From Mobula hypostoma (Eukaryota), in assembly GCF_963921235.1 (NCBI RefSeq), contig NC_086097.1:114764001-114828000 (forward strand): a stretch of 64,000 nt of DNA, given 5' to 3'. Made by a program: the position numbers and the translations under genes. Every line of letters begins with the position of its first letter. The first letter of the stretch is position 1. This document shows positions 37,446 to 49,915 of the stretch, piece after piece. The notes under the pieces were generated by a model that did not search any database, was not told the DNA's origin, and saw only the letters and a program-made list of their open reading frames with translations.

Positions 37446-38469
37446 ATATGTTGTATGGTTTGTTCCTTTTTTTGTCTTCGAACAATATTTAATTTCAATT
37501 GCTCTGTTTGTCTTAAGAATCTGTTTGCATAACTATACATGACAAAACACAGCATTAATGTCAGAAACACTAGCAAACTCAAGTGCAGGAGTCCTAGAGA
37601 CTTCGGCAATTCAAACGAAACAAAAGACTTGTTACAGAAATTAACCAGCAAAACTAACAAGAGCTCAAGCAAAATATACAAAACCTTGAAGAACAGAAAT
37701 CACAAAGGATTCACAGAAGAACTTGGTCAGAGTTTCACCAGACAAAGATCCACAATGATCAAGGAAGGAGGGGTTTGGTTGCCCTCCTGAAATACACCCT
37801 GGAGCAAGTAGGAATTCAGGATCAATCAGACAACCCTGGTGTCCAGACCAAGCAATATCTCCCAAAAGCAGCAACTGCAATGCAAGTCATTGAAAATCCC
37901 GTGCTAATTTAATTGCCCCAAATTGAATAAAAGTGATAAATAGAAAGAGAGCTTAACAGTCTCCATGATCCCAAATGATACACCTGCAACACCAGGTAAA
38001 AACCCAGAGCTGGTCCAACCAAACAATTAGACGTAAAAGGTAAGCAATCAAATAAACAACGCATACCTGAGAAAATACAATCCACATATTAACGGAAAAA
38101 GAAATCTTTTCTCTTAAAAAAAACTGATCCCTGGTTGCAACAAATGGTTTGTTTAATGCCAGATGAACTCAATGGGCCAAGCAACACTTATGAAGGAAAA
38201 TGGACAGTTGACATTTCGGGCTGAGACTGGAAGAAGGAGAGAGCTATCCAATAAGGAGTTTGTGCTGCCTGTAAGGAGCTTATATGTTCTCCCCGTGAAT
38301 TTATGTGTTTCCTCCGGGTGCTCTGGTTTCCTTCCACAGTCCAAAGATGAACTGGCTGGTAGTTTAATTGGTTATTGTAAATTGCCCCGTGATTAGGCTG
38401 GATTAAATCGGGGCATTGCTGGGTGCAATGGACTGTTCCACATTATATCTCAATATACAAATAAAAAAT

Positions 38470-39120
38470 GTGGATGCAATGTTAGCATTCATGTTGAGAG
38501 GGCTAGAATAGAAAACCAGGAATGTGACACTGAGGCCTTATAAGGCATTGGTCAGACCTCACTTGGAGTTTGTGAGCAGTTTTGGGCCCCTTATCTAAGA
38601 AAGGATGTGCAGGCATTGGAGAGGGTCCAGAGGAGGTTCACGAGAATGAGACAGAGAATGAAATGTTTCGTGCATGAGGAACATTCAATGGCTCTGGGCC
38701 TGTGCCTGCTGGATCTTAGAAGAATGAAGGAGGAGGAGGGAATCTCATTGAAGCCTAATGAATATTGAAAGGCCAAGATAGAAGTGGATGTGGAGAGGAT
38801 ATTTTTTATATTGGGGGAGTTTAGGACCAGAGAGCACAGCCTCAGAATAGAAAGATGTCCTTTTAGAATAGGGGTGAAGAAGAATTTCTTTACTGAATCC
38901 ATGGAATTTATTGTCACAGACAGCTGTGGAGGCTAAGTCATTAGGTATATTTAAAGTGGAGGTAGATAGGTTCTTGATAAGTCAGGGTGTCAAAGGTGAT
39001 GGGGAGAAGGCTGGAGAAAGAGTTGAGAGTGACAATAAATCAGCCATGATGGAATGGTGGAGCAGGCTCAATGGGCCAAATGGCCTAATTCTGTTCCCTT
39101 GCCTTATGGTCTTCTGGTTA
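38470..39120 (+). mobile_element. CR1 3' fragment
   Basis: TATAAGGCATTGGTCAGACCTCACTTGGAG through CTTATGGTCTT tail. Confidence 0.85.
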
Positions 39121-40019
39121 AAGGATGGCTGAGCTGCAGGTACATTGAAAACTTGACTGCTTACTTACCAGTTACTCTGAATTTTGTCTTTTAGCCCTTT
39201 GATATTAATCATACATACAATTTATTTGGGTGACAGATAACCCTGGTAGTTCTATAGCTTCTGAAAATGATGGATATGACCTTTCTTTGCTATTGATGTT
39301 TTAAGTGGATATATTCAGTTATTTGGTCAAATCATAGCTGTCCATATTTTCTGGGGAATGGTTTTCAAAACTGTGATTATCGTCTCTTTTTCCCTCCATT
39401 CTTTGTCACTTTTGCAGGTATTTGAACATAAAGCCATTGATGCTTGGAACAAGCATTCAACATTCAGCTTGTCAAGCCTGCCCTTATATTTAATAAGTTC
39501 AAGGCAGATTTGAATGTAAGCTCAACTCCGCAGTTCTGTCTTCCTGCAGTAATCTTTCAGTTTCCTGGTTTATCAGTCATCCACCTACCTCTATATTAAA
39601 ATGGGAAATTCGAAGCTTCCACTGCCCTTTGAGAAAACACCCATGTCTAAATCATCTAACTTTTTCTCATATAATATTTTGCCAATTCAAAGGAAACCTC
39701 TGAATGCCTTCCAATAAACTTCTTCCTGAGATAAGGAGACCAGGGCTATACACAATGTTCCACATAAGGAAACCACCAACTCCCTACTGTTATCTTCAAC
39801 ACTTCTAGCAATAAGCACAAGCATCTGTTAGATTTCCCAATTACTTACAGTGCCTAAGAACCTGCAGGTGCCTTCATTTAAATGATTTATATAAACTGGA
39901 AAATTTTGAAGTACGAGCAGCTATCCCTGTTGCAAATGACTTGTCGCATCTTACCAACAAAGACAAATTCTTGCCTACTATCAGTTTCCCTGTAGGCAAG
40001 ATAATATTCTATTCTCAAA

Positions 40020-40520
40020 TTGTTGAAGTTGTATAAGATGTTTAAGATTCAAAATTTACAAGGATGGTACAGGGATTTGAGGAGCTCAGTTATAGGAAAA
40101 GGTTGAGTAAGTTTGGACTTTATTCCCTGAAACATAGGAGAATGAGGGGGACTTGATAGAGGTATACAAAATTCTGAGGGGTATAAATAGGGTAACTTCA
40201 AGCAGGCTTTTTCCACTGAGATTGGGTGAGACTAGAACTAATGGTCATGGATTAAGGGTGAAAGGTGAAATGTTTAAAGGGAACATGAGGGGTAACCTCT
40301 TTACTCAGAGGATGGTGAGACTGTGGAACGAGTTGCCAGTGGAAATGGTGGATGTGGGATCGATTTCAATTTGTAAGAGAAATTTCAATAGATACATGGA
40401 TGGATGGGGTATGGAGGACTCTGGTCTGGGTGCAGATCGATGGCACTAGGCAGTACAATAATTCAGCATGGACTAGATGGGCTGAAGGGCCTGTTTCTAT
40501 GTAGTGTTCTATGACTCTAT
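40020..40520 (+). mobile_element. CR1 3' fragment
   Basis: IEVYKILRGINRV..LFTQRMVRLWNELP; tail TTCTATGACTCTAT. Confidence 0.85.
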
Positions 40521-41469
40521 CATATATTATTTCTTACTCTATGAACTTTCATTTTGCTCAAAAACCCTTGATGCAGTACCTTATCAAGTGCCGTTTAGAA
40601 GTCCTCTGGTTTCATGTTCCTCCTTAACAAGCTTAGAGGATGTGTGGAGATTTTCCTTCTTCAAGCTTTAACTTATGTTAGAGCACTGGTGCATCTTTGT
40701 TGTCTTCTGTTCAATTTCTTCCTTCCTTCAAGACACTGGTGTTTGAATTGTTTCCATAAGTGCCTCTGTCCCTGCTTTCTATTGTTCATGCTGTTACGTT
40801 TTTATTACAATTTTTACTGTTGCTAAGGTCAATTTATTATCTACTGTTCTCTGTTCCAACCTCAAACATTTTCACACCACTTTTCATTGCTCTACTTAGA
40901 TCACAATACTCCTCGATAGGTTGAGGATTCCGAAATGTTTTCTTCCTTAATTTACTTCTTTCATCATTAAAGAGGTACCTTGTTTGAATTCATCATCTCA
41001 CTTACACATTGATCTATTTGTCTGTGGCCTCCTGTGCTAATCTAAAGAGGCCCGACATAAAACTGAGAGACAGCACTTCATCATGAATTTGGGCATTTTA
41101 CAGCCTTTGGCATTCAATGTCGTCTGCAACAATTTCAGATAATTTGATTTTTTCTATTTATATCAGAAGTGCTCATTTTTTGCTGTAGGTAATCCATTTA
41201 TAATATGATTCAACCTTTCACTGACACAGACCCATCTGCTGGGCACAACCCACACTCTGGTATGCATATCAGTTTGCCATGTGTGGATGTTTCCCTCCTT
41301 ACAGTCCTTGTCAGCCAGGAGATTTCAGAAGCTGCTTATTACCTTGATAACTCTGCCCTCACCCCATCAGAGATAATTATTTTTTCCCTTATTTCCTTAT
41401 CCATTCCTTCCCCATTTGCTCTGTAAATTAACTTGTTTTCTCAGTTCTCTGAGTTCTTTCAAAGTGTCT

Positions 41470-41930
41470 TTATGTCATGAAATTTGTTACTTTCTGGCAG
41501 TAGTACTGTATTACAAGAACTATGAATTACATTAAGAAATATACAGGTATATTTTGTATATAAAAGAATTAATTATTTAGTGCAAAAAGTGAGCAAAAAG
41601 TAGTGTTGGTTCAGAAATCTGATGGGGGTAGGGAAGAAGTTGTTCCTAAAATGTTGAGTGTGTGTCTTCAGGCTTCTATGCCTCATCCCTGCTGGTAGCA
41701 ATGAGGAGATGGATGTCCTGGGTGATGGGGGTCCTTAATGACAGATGCTACCTTTATGAGGCATTGCCTTTTGAAGATGTCCTCATTGCTGGGGATGCTA
41801 GTGCCCATGATGGAGCTGGCTGAGTTCATAACCTTCTGTAGCTTTTCTCGATCCTGTGCAGAATCAGTTAAGATGCTTTCCATGGTGCATCTGTGGAAAT
41901 TTGCTGAGGCTCTGGTGATTCCCTTCCAAT
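41470..41930 (-). mobile_element. Rex1-like LINE fragment
   Basis: ESILT..AQDREKLQKVM..VIKDPHHPGH. Confidence 0.75.
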
Positions 41931-42599
41931 ATCAGCATGTTTGTGTTTGAGTCTTGTCATTGCTTGTTGCAAAGCACTGAAAAGTAAGTGTAGCCAATCT
42001 GGTGGTGAACACCTCTATTGGGATACTAACATGCACTCTGGCTCAAGTCCTTATGAAAACATTGTCCTGGAATGTATTCATGCCCATCTTGTAGCATTAG
42101 GATTGGATTACCAATTTCCCTAAAGCTATTTTAAAAAGAACTAAAAAGACATTTGGATCTTGTTACCTCCAGTTCCAAAAGTCCACGAACAGTCTCTCAT
42201 GTTTCAGGAACAGTGGGCTTTAGGGATTTGATTTCTACCATCAATGAGACCTGTCTTCATAGTTCTAGCTGCAGGAGTTACCCCCTAAAGATTTAAAGAT
42301 TAAAGTATAGCTTTATTCGTCACACGTACATCGAAACAGTGAAATATGTCATTTGCGTTAACAGCCAACAACAATCCAGAGATGTGCTTGTGGCAGCATG
42401 CATCTGGCGCCAACATAGCGTGCCCACAACTTGCCAACACTAACCATAACCCATTGGAATGTAGGAGGCAATTGAGCACACAGGGAAATCCCATGTGCTC
42501 ATGGAGAAAATGTCCTTACAGTGGCAGGACTTGAACCTCGATCACTGGATCTGTAACTGCTGTGCTAGCATCTGCCTCTTAAAGGGTCATAACACAATG

Positions 42600-43253
42600 T
42601 ACGAGGGGTGATTGATAAGTTCATGGCCTAAGGTAGAAGGCGTCAATTTTAGAAAACCTAGCGCATTTACTTTCCCTACATTTACACACTTAGTCCAGCA
42701 GTCGTGGAGCATATGCATCCCTTCTTTGTAGAGGTTGATGTCTTGGACCTCCAGAAAGCGGTTCACAGCAGGGGTTTGATTGATAAGTTTGTGGCCTAAG
42801 GTAGAAGGAGATGAGTTATTAACTTCAAACTTTCTACATTTTCACTCAAAGAGTTGAACTGTACATGCATGTACTAAGAGCTGTATAACTCATCTCCTTC
42901 TACCTAAGGCCACAATCTTATCAATCACCCCTGCTGTGGACCACCTGGAGGTCCAAGATGCTCTCGTTACATGCACGTGCAGTTCAACTCTTTGGGTGAT
43001 AATGCAGAAAGTTTGAAGTTAATAACTCATCACCTTCTACCTTAGGCCATGAACTTATAAATCACCGCTGCTGTGGACCACTTTCTGGAGGTCCAAGACT
43101 CCGACTTCGACAAAGAAGGGATCCGTATGCTCCACAACTGCTGGACTAAGTGTGTAAATGTAGGAGGAGACTATGTTGAAAAATAAATGTGCTAGGTTTT
43201 CTAAAATCGACTCCTTCTACCTTAGGCCACAAACTTATCAATCACCCCTTGTA
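42600..43253. mobile_element. Palindromic mariner-derived MITE with five TIR copies
   Basis: TA-CGAGGGGTGATTGATAAGTT .. AACTTATCAATCACCCCTTG-TA; right arm encodes mariner C-terminus KEGIRMLHNCWTKCVNVGGDYVEK* (~43110-43186) with an inverted copy in the left arm. Confidence 0.9.
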
Positions 43254-44770
43254 GACAACATCCTTATGGATACTGGTGTTTGTTGAAAACGAATGTGTGT
43301 ATCTAATGCTGATACTGGTGGGATAGACGGGTATGTGTGGTAGAGTCGTCATTGGTGGTCACGTGGCAACTTTGCTGTCAGGAACTTGCCAGGGAGGAGT
43401 CCAAAAGGATACGAAGTGCACCCAAATATCCTCTCTAGTTGTGTATGCAAAAATCACATTGTCCAAAACTGGATGGCTCACCACTTTACTAGTAAAGCTT
43501 ACCTTTGAGTTTTGTATAGTGGTAGAGAGCAGCAAAGCACACATGGTATAAATCAGCAGGGAGGGAGGGTGGCTCTGACTTCCACTTTGAAAACAAATCA
43601 GGTATCTGTATGTGCCTGTACTTGAGGTTTTCTGACTATACACATGTGGAAGGGTATCCTGCACAGGCATTAGGAGGGTCTCCCAGTGAGGTCTACACTC
43701 AGGGGCCACTTTATTAGGCATCTCCTCTACCTTCTGAGTTGCTCTTCTGCTCACCTCTATTGTAACATGTGATCATAATGCCATTAGTTTCAAGGTAATT
43801 ATGGAAACCAATAGGTCTAGTCCCTGGATAGAGATTCTAAATTGAAAACAGGCCTATTTTGATGGTATCAGAAAGGATCTGGTAAGTGTGGATTGGGACA
43901 CGTTTTATTCTGGTAAAAGTGTACTCAATAAGTGGGAGGATTTCAAAAACGAAATTTTGAGAGTACAGAGATTGCATGTTCCTGTCAGAATAAAAGGCAA
44001 GGTTTAGGCAGCCTTGGCTTTCAAGAGATATTGAAGCCTGGTTATGAAAAAGAAGGAGATGCATAGCAGGTGTGAGAAGGCAGGACAAATGAGGTACTTG
44101 ATGAGTATGAGCAACTGTGGAGGCCAGGTCGTTGGCTGTAATAGAGCCACAGCTTGATAGATTCTTGATTGGACACGGCATCAAAGGTTACAGGGAGAAG
44201 GCTGGGGAGTGGTGTTGAGGAGGAGAGAAAAGGATCAGCTGTGATCGATTGGTGGAGCAGACTCGATAGACCAACTGGCCTAATTCTGCTCCTATGTCTT
44301 ATGGTCTTATAAGAAAAAAGAAAATCAGGAGGGTTAAAAGAAGACATGAGATTCCTCTAGAAGATGAGATGAAGGAGAATCCTATAGACTTGTACAGGTA
44401 TTTTAGGAGCAAAAGGATAGCAGGGATCAAAATTTGTCCTCTGGAGGTCAGAGTGTTAATCTATGCATGAAGCCAAAAGAGAAGGGAAGATCTGAAATAG
44501 ATTTTTTTGCATCAGTATTTACTCTGAAGAAGGACACAGTGTCTATAGAAGTGCAGCAAAGCAGCAACAAGGACATACAATGACGGAGGAGTTTACTGTC
44601 TTGACACAAATTAGAGTGGATGACCCACCAAGGCCTGACAACGTATTCCTTCTGATCCTGTGGGAGGTTAGTGCAGTAATTTGCGGGGCCTAGCTGAGAT
44701 ATTTAAAACATCCGTAGCCATGGATGATGTGCCGGATGTTTGTAGGATAGCTAACGTTGTTCTGTTATTT

Positions 44771-46415
44771 AGAAACATAGAAACATAGAAAATAGGTGCA
44801 GGAGTAGGCCATTCAGCCCTTCGAGCCTGCACCGCCATTTATTATGATCATGGCTGATCATCCAACTCAGAACCCCACCCCGGCCTTCCCTCCATACCCC
44901 CTGATCCCCATAGCCACAAGGGCCATATCTAACTCCCTCTTAAATATAGCCAATGAACTGGCCTCAACTGTTTCCTGTGGCAGAGAATTCCACAGATTCA
45001 CCACTCTCTGTGTGAAGAAGTTTTTCCTAATCTCGGTCCCAAAAGGCTTCCCCTTTATCCTCAAACTGTGACCCCTTGTTCTGGACTTCCCCAACATCGG
45101 GAACAATCTTCCTGCATCTAGCCTGTCCAATCCCTTTAGGATTTTATACGTTTCGATCAGATCGCCCCTCAATCTTCTAAATTCCAACGAGTACAAGCCC
45201 AGTTCATCCAGTCTTTCTTCATATGAAAATCCTGCCATCCCAGGTATCAATCTGGTGAACCTTCTTTGTACTCCCTCTATGGCAAGGATGTCTTTCCTCA
45301 GATTAGGGGACCAAGACTGCACACAATACTCCAGGTGTGGTCTCACCAAGGCCTTGTACAACTGCAGTAGTACCTCCCTGCTCCTGTACTCGAATCCTCT
45401 CGCTATAAATGCCAGCATACCATTCGTCTTTTTCACTGCCTGCTGTACCTGCATGCCCACTTTCAATGACTGGTGTATAATGACACCCAGGTCTCATTGC
45501 ACCTCCCCTTATCCTAATCGGCCACCATTCAGATAATAATCTGTTTTCCTATTTTTGCCACCAAAGTGGATAACTTCACATTAATCCACATTAAATTGCA
45601 TCTGCCATGAATTTGCCCACTCACCCAACCTATCCAAGTCACCCTGCATCCTCTTAGCATCCTCCTCACAGCTAACACTGCCACCCAGCTTCGTGTCATC
45701 CGCAAACTTGGAGATGCTGCATTTAATTCCCTCATCCAAGTCATTAATATATATTGTAAACAACTGGGGTCCCAGCACTGAGCCTTGCGGTACCCCACGA
45801 GTCACCGCCTGCCATTCTGAAAAGGTCCCGTTTATTCCCTCTCCTTGCTTCCTGTCTGCTAACCAATTCTCTATCCACATCAATACCTTACCCCCAATAC
45901 TGTGTGCTTTAAGTTTGCACACTAATCTCCTGTGTGGGACCTTGTCAAAAGCCTTTTGAAAATTCAAATATACCACATCCACTGGTTCTCCCCTATCCAC
46001 TCTACTAGTTACATCCTCAAAAAATTCAATGAGATTCGTCAGACATGATTTTCCTTTCACAAATCCATGCTGACTTTGTCCGATGATTTCACCGCTTTCC
46101 AAATGTGCTGTTATCACATCTTTGATAACTGACTCCAGCAGTTTCCCCACCACCGACGTTAGGCTAACCGGTCTATAATTCCCCGGTTTCTCTCTCCCTC
46201 CTTTTTTAAAAAGTGGGGTTACATTAGCCACCCTCCAATCCTCAGGAACTAGTCCAGAATCTAACGAGTTTTGAAAAATCATCACTAATGCATCCACTAT
46301 TTCTTGGGCTACTTCCTTAAGCACTCTAGGATGCAGACCATCTGGCCCTGGGGATCTATCTGCCTTCAATCCCTTCAATTTACCTAACACCACTTCCCTT
46401 ACTTAACATGTATTT
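44771..46415 (-). mobile_element. Young CR1 LINE, 5'-truncated, RT nearly intact
   Basis: ORFs 45581-46393 (PGPDGLHP, GNYRPVSLTS, GVPQGSVLGP, FADDTK) and 44867-45466; tail AGAAACATAGAAACATAGAA. Confidence 0.96.
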
Positions 46416-46416
46416 G

Positions 46417-47232
46417 AATGTGAAGTTATCCACTTTGGTGGCAAAAATAGGAAAACAGATTATTATCTGAATGGTGGCCGATTAGGAAAAGGGGAGGTGC
46501 AACGAGACCTGGGTGTCATTTTACACCAGTCATTGAAAGTGGGCATGCAGGTACAGCAGGCGGTGAAAAAGGCGAATGGTATGCTGGCATTTATAGCGAG
46601 AGGATTCGAGTACAGGAGCAGGGAGGTACTACTGCAGTTGTACAAGGCCTTGGTGAGACCACATCTGGAGTATTGTGTGCAGTTTTGGTCCCCTAATCTG
46701 AGGAAAGACATCCTTGCCATAGAGGGAGTACAAAGAAGATTCACCAGATTGATTCCTGGGATGGCAGGACTTTCATATGAAGAAAGACTGGATGAACTGG
46801 GCTTGTACTCGTTGGAATTTAGAAGATTGAGGGGCGATCTGATTGAAACGTATAAGATCCTAAAGGGATTGGACAGGCTAGATGCAGGAAGATTGTTCCC
46901 GATGTTGGGGAAGTCCAGAACGAGGGGTCACAGTTTGAGGATAAAGGGGAAGCCTTTTAGGACTGAGATTAGGAAAAACTTCTTCACACAGAGAGTGGTG
47001 AATCTGTGGAATTCTCTGCCACAGGAAACAGTTGAGGCCGGTTCATTGGCTATATTTAAGAGGGAGTTAGATATAGCCCTTGTGGCTATGGGGATCAGGG
47101 GGTATGGAGGGAAGGCTGGTGCAGGGTTCTGAGTTGGATGATCAGCCATGATCATACTGAATGGCGGTGCAGGCTCGAAGGGCCGAATGGCCTACTCCTG
47201 CACCTATATTCTATGTTTCTATGTTTCTATGT
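46417..47232 (+). mobile_element. Young CR1 3' fragment, same subfamily, joined head-to-head with the previous copy
   Basis: ORF 46497-47132 nearly identical to 44867-45466; tail TTCTATGTTTCTATGTTTCTATGT. Confidence 0.96.
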
Positions 47233-47594
47233 ATAGATCGGGTAAATGAAAGCAGGCTCCTCCCACTGAGGTTGGGTGGGACTACTACTAGAGGTCATGG
47301 GTTAAGGGTGAAATATGAGATGTTTATGGGAAAATTAAGGGGGGGGGTCATCTTCACAGAGGGTGGTGAGGGAGTGGACAAAGCTGCCAGCACAAGTGGT
47401 GAATCCAGGTTCAATTTCAACATTTAAGAGAAATTTGGATAGGTACAGGGATGGGAGGGGTTTGAAGGGCTATGGTACGGGTGCAGGTCAATGGGATTAG
47501 GAAGATTAATAGCTTGGCAGAGACTAGGTGGGTGCAAGTGCCTGTTTTTGTGCTGTAGTGTTCTAATAATATATTTGAGTTCCTGACAGATTAA

Positions 47595-48710
47595 CCCTGT
47601 CTGGCCATTCTCCTCTGACCTCCCTCATTAACAAAACATTTCCCCCCACAGTGCAGCCACTCAATGGAAGTGTTTCTGTTTCTCACATCACTCTGTAAAC
47701 TCTAGAGACTATAGCGCATGGAAATGCCAGGAAATCAGCAATTTCTCAGATACACCTTCAATTTCTGAGATACACCTTCAGGCATGCTAGGAGCCACACT
47801 CATGTCCCCATCTACATCAACAGAGCTGCAATGAAGCATGTATCAAGCTTCAAATTCCCTGATGTCCACATTTCCGAAGATCTCACCTGGTCCCTGAACT
47901 CCTCCATCCTGATCAAAAAGGTGCAACAGTGCCTTTATTTCCTGTGGAGCATCAAGAAAGCTCACCCCGTCCCAGGATACTGACGGACTTTTATCGCTGT
48001 ACCATTGAGAGCATACTCACCAACTGCATCTCAGTGTGGTATGGCAATTGTCCTGTATCGGACAGCAAAGCACTCCAGCATGTGGTGAAAGCTGCCCAGC
48101 GGATTATTGGCACCCAACTGCGCACCATTGAGAACATCTACCAGAAACACTGCCTGGGCAGGGTGAAAAGCATTATCAAAGATGCACCTCACCCTAACCA
48201 TGGACTTTTTACTCTCCTCCGCTCCCGCACCAGCAGACACAGGAACAGCTTCTTCTCTGAGGCTGTGACTCTGCTGGACCTCACATCACAGTGCTAAGCA
48301 GTATTGCAACCATATTGTACTGTCTCAGTACTTTTATATTTGTGTGCTGTAGCACTTACTTTTTATTCGTAGTTATTTTGTAAATAACACTATTCTTTGC
48401 ATTTCTGGTTAGATGCTAACTGCATTTCATTGGCTTTGTATCTGTACTCGGCATAATGACAATAAAATTGAATTTAATCTAATCTAATCTAATACTCAAA
48501 CTACCCCGTCTGGCACCAGCAATCTTTTAGTGGTCAAAGTCACTTGGATCACATTTCTTCCTCGTTCTTCTGCTTGGTCTGAACAACAGCTGAACCTTCT
48601 GACCATGTCTGCATGCTTTTATGTATTGAGTTGCTGCCACATGATTGGCTGATGAGGTACTTGCATTAATGAGCAGGTGTTCAGGTGTACCTAATAAAGC
48701 AGCCACTTAG
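47595..48710 (-). mobile_element. Tc1-derived MITE split by a Rex1 insertion
   Basis: TCTGGCCATTCTCCTCTGACCTC..TTTCTCAGATAC then ATACTCAAAC..GTACCTAATAAAGCAGCCACT. Confidence 0.8.
47775..48492 (+). mobile_element. Rex1/Babar-like LINE 3' fragment
   Basis: FYRCTIESILTNCISVWYGNC..KSIIKDAPHPNHGLFTLL; (AATCT)n tail. Confidence 0.88.
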
Positions 48711-49064
48711 TTCAGGTGGAAAAATCCTTTGTATTTTTCCAGATGCTTTGCTCCTGCTTTTTACCCATTTCTTATCGAAGGAACACAGAACTACTCTAAT
48801 TGCAAGGATTTCTGGTACTTAATTTCAAGGGGGATATCTGGCCATGTTGCCACCTTCTGGGTTTGATACTGAATTATACAACTTCAGGTAGTTTGATTTC
48901 ACTGTCTTCATCAGTCAGGCATCAGTGATATTGTCTCAGCGGCTTTTTCCCTACCTCATCCTTTTTTTCTCCCGTTTTCCCTCTGGAAACAGGGGAGACG
49001 CTGAGCCTGCCTTGCTGGGTACGTTCTTCTGTCCTGACTTCTTCCTCCTACATTCTTTTGTCCA

Positions 49065-49915
49065 CAGTCAGTGGTCAGTTTATTAGGTACACCAGTAAAC
49101 CTGCTCATGAAAGCAAGTACTTAATCAGCCAATCATGTGGCAGCAACTCAATGAATAAAAGCATGCAGACATGGTCAAGATGTTCAGTTGTTGTTCAAAC
49201 CAAATGTCAGAACGGGGAAGAAATGTGATCTAAATGACTTTGACCATGGAATGATTGTGGTGCCAGAGTACCTCAGAAATTGCTGATCACCTGGGATTTT
49301 CATGCACAACAATCTCCAGTACTTACAGAGAATGGTACGAGAAACAAAAATAAAAATCCAGTCAGCAGCAGTTCTGTGGGTGAAAATGCCTTGCTAATGA
49401 GAGAGACCAGAGGAGAATGGCCAGACTGGTTCAAGCTGACATAAAGGCAGAAAGGCATCCGTTAGTCTTGCGAGACCATGGATCTGTGCCTGGAAAGTCT
49501 TCACTCTCCAGGGCGCAGGCCTGGGCAAGGTTGTGTGGAAGACCAGCAGTTGCCCATGCTGCAAGTCTCCCCTCTCCACGACACCAATGTTGTCCAAGGG
49601 AAGGGCATTAGACCCATACAGCTTGGCACCAGTGTCGTCGCAGAACAATGTGTGATTAAGTGCCTTGCTCAAGGATACAACACGTTCCCTCAGCTGGGGC
49701 TCGAACTCTTGACCTTCAGGTCGCGAATCCAATGCCTTAACCAGTTGGCCATGTGCTCACACCAAGTGACATAAAGGCAACAGTAACTCAAATAACCAGG
49801 CATTACAACAGAAGAATACCTCTGAATGCACAACACATTGAAATGGATGGACTACAGCAGCAGAAGACCACAAACATACACTTGTACACTCAGTAGCCAC
49901 TTTGTTAGGTATAAT
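49065..49915 (+). mobile_element. Tc1-derived MITE (opposite orientation) split by a SINE
   Basis: CAGTGGTCAGTTTATTAGGTACACC; MARLVQAD; TLKWMDYSSRRP. Confidence 0.85.
49450..49766 (-). mobile_element. tRNA-headed SINE with 13-bp TSD
   Basis: TSD TGACATAAAGGCA at 49437-49449 and 49767-49779; minus-strand A box TGGCCAACTGG and B box GTTCGAGCC. Confidence 0.88.

Larger units (their letters stand above)
43760..47570 (+). mobile_element. Old CR1 LINE acting as host (43760-44770 and 47233-47570), with a short CR1 tail inserted at ~44110-44310
   Basis: GATCATAATGCCATTAGTTTCAAG, TTTGCATCAGTATTTACT, AGGATAGCTAACGTTGTT on the left; IDRVNESRLLPLRLGGTTTRGHGL on the right. Confidence 0.75.

Noticed and set aside
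39385..39440. Strong splice acceptor TTTTGCAG|G
   Set aside because: Followed by a decayed antisense CR1 tail with no convincing donor.
44771..47232. Fold-back read artefact as the cause of the inverted CR1 pair
   Set aside because: Arms differ at multiple substitutions, are separated by ~830 bp and have distinct flanks; read support is still needed.
49690..49760. tRNA gene
   Set aside because: A/B boxes belong to a TSD-flanked SINE head; no complete cloverleaf.
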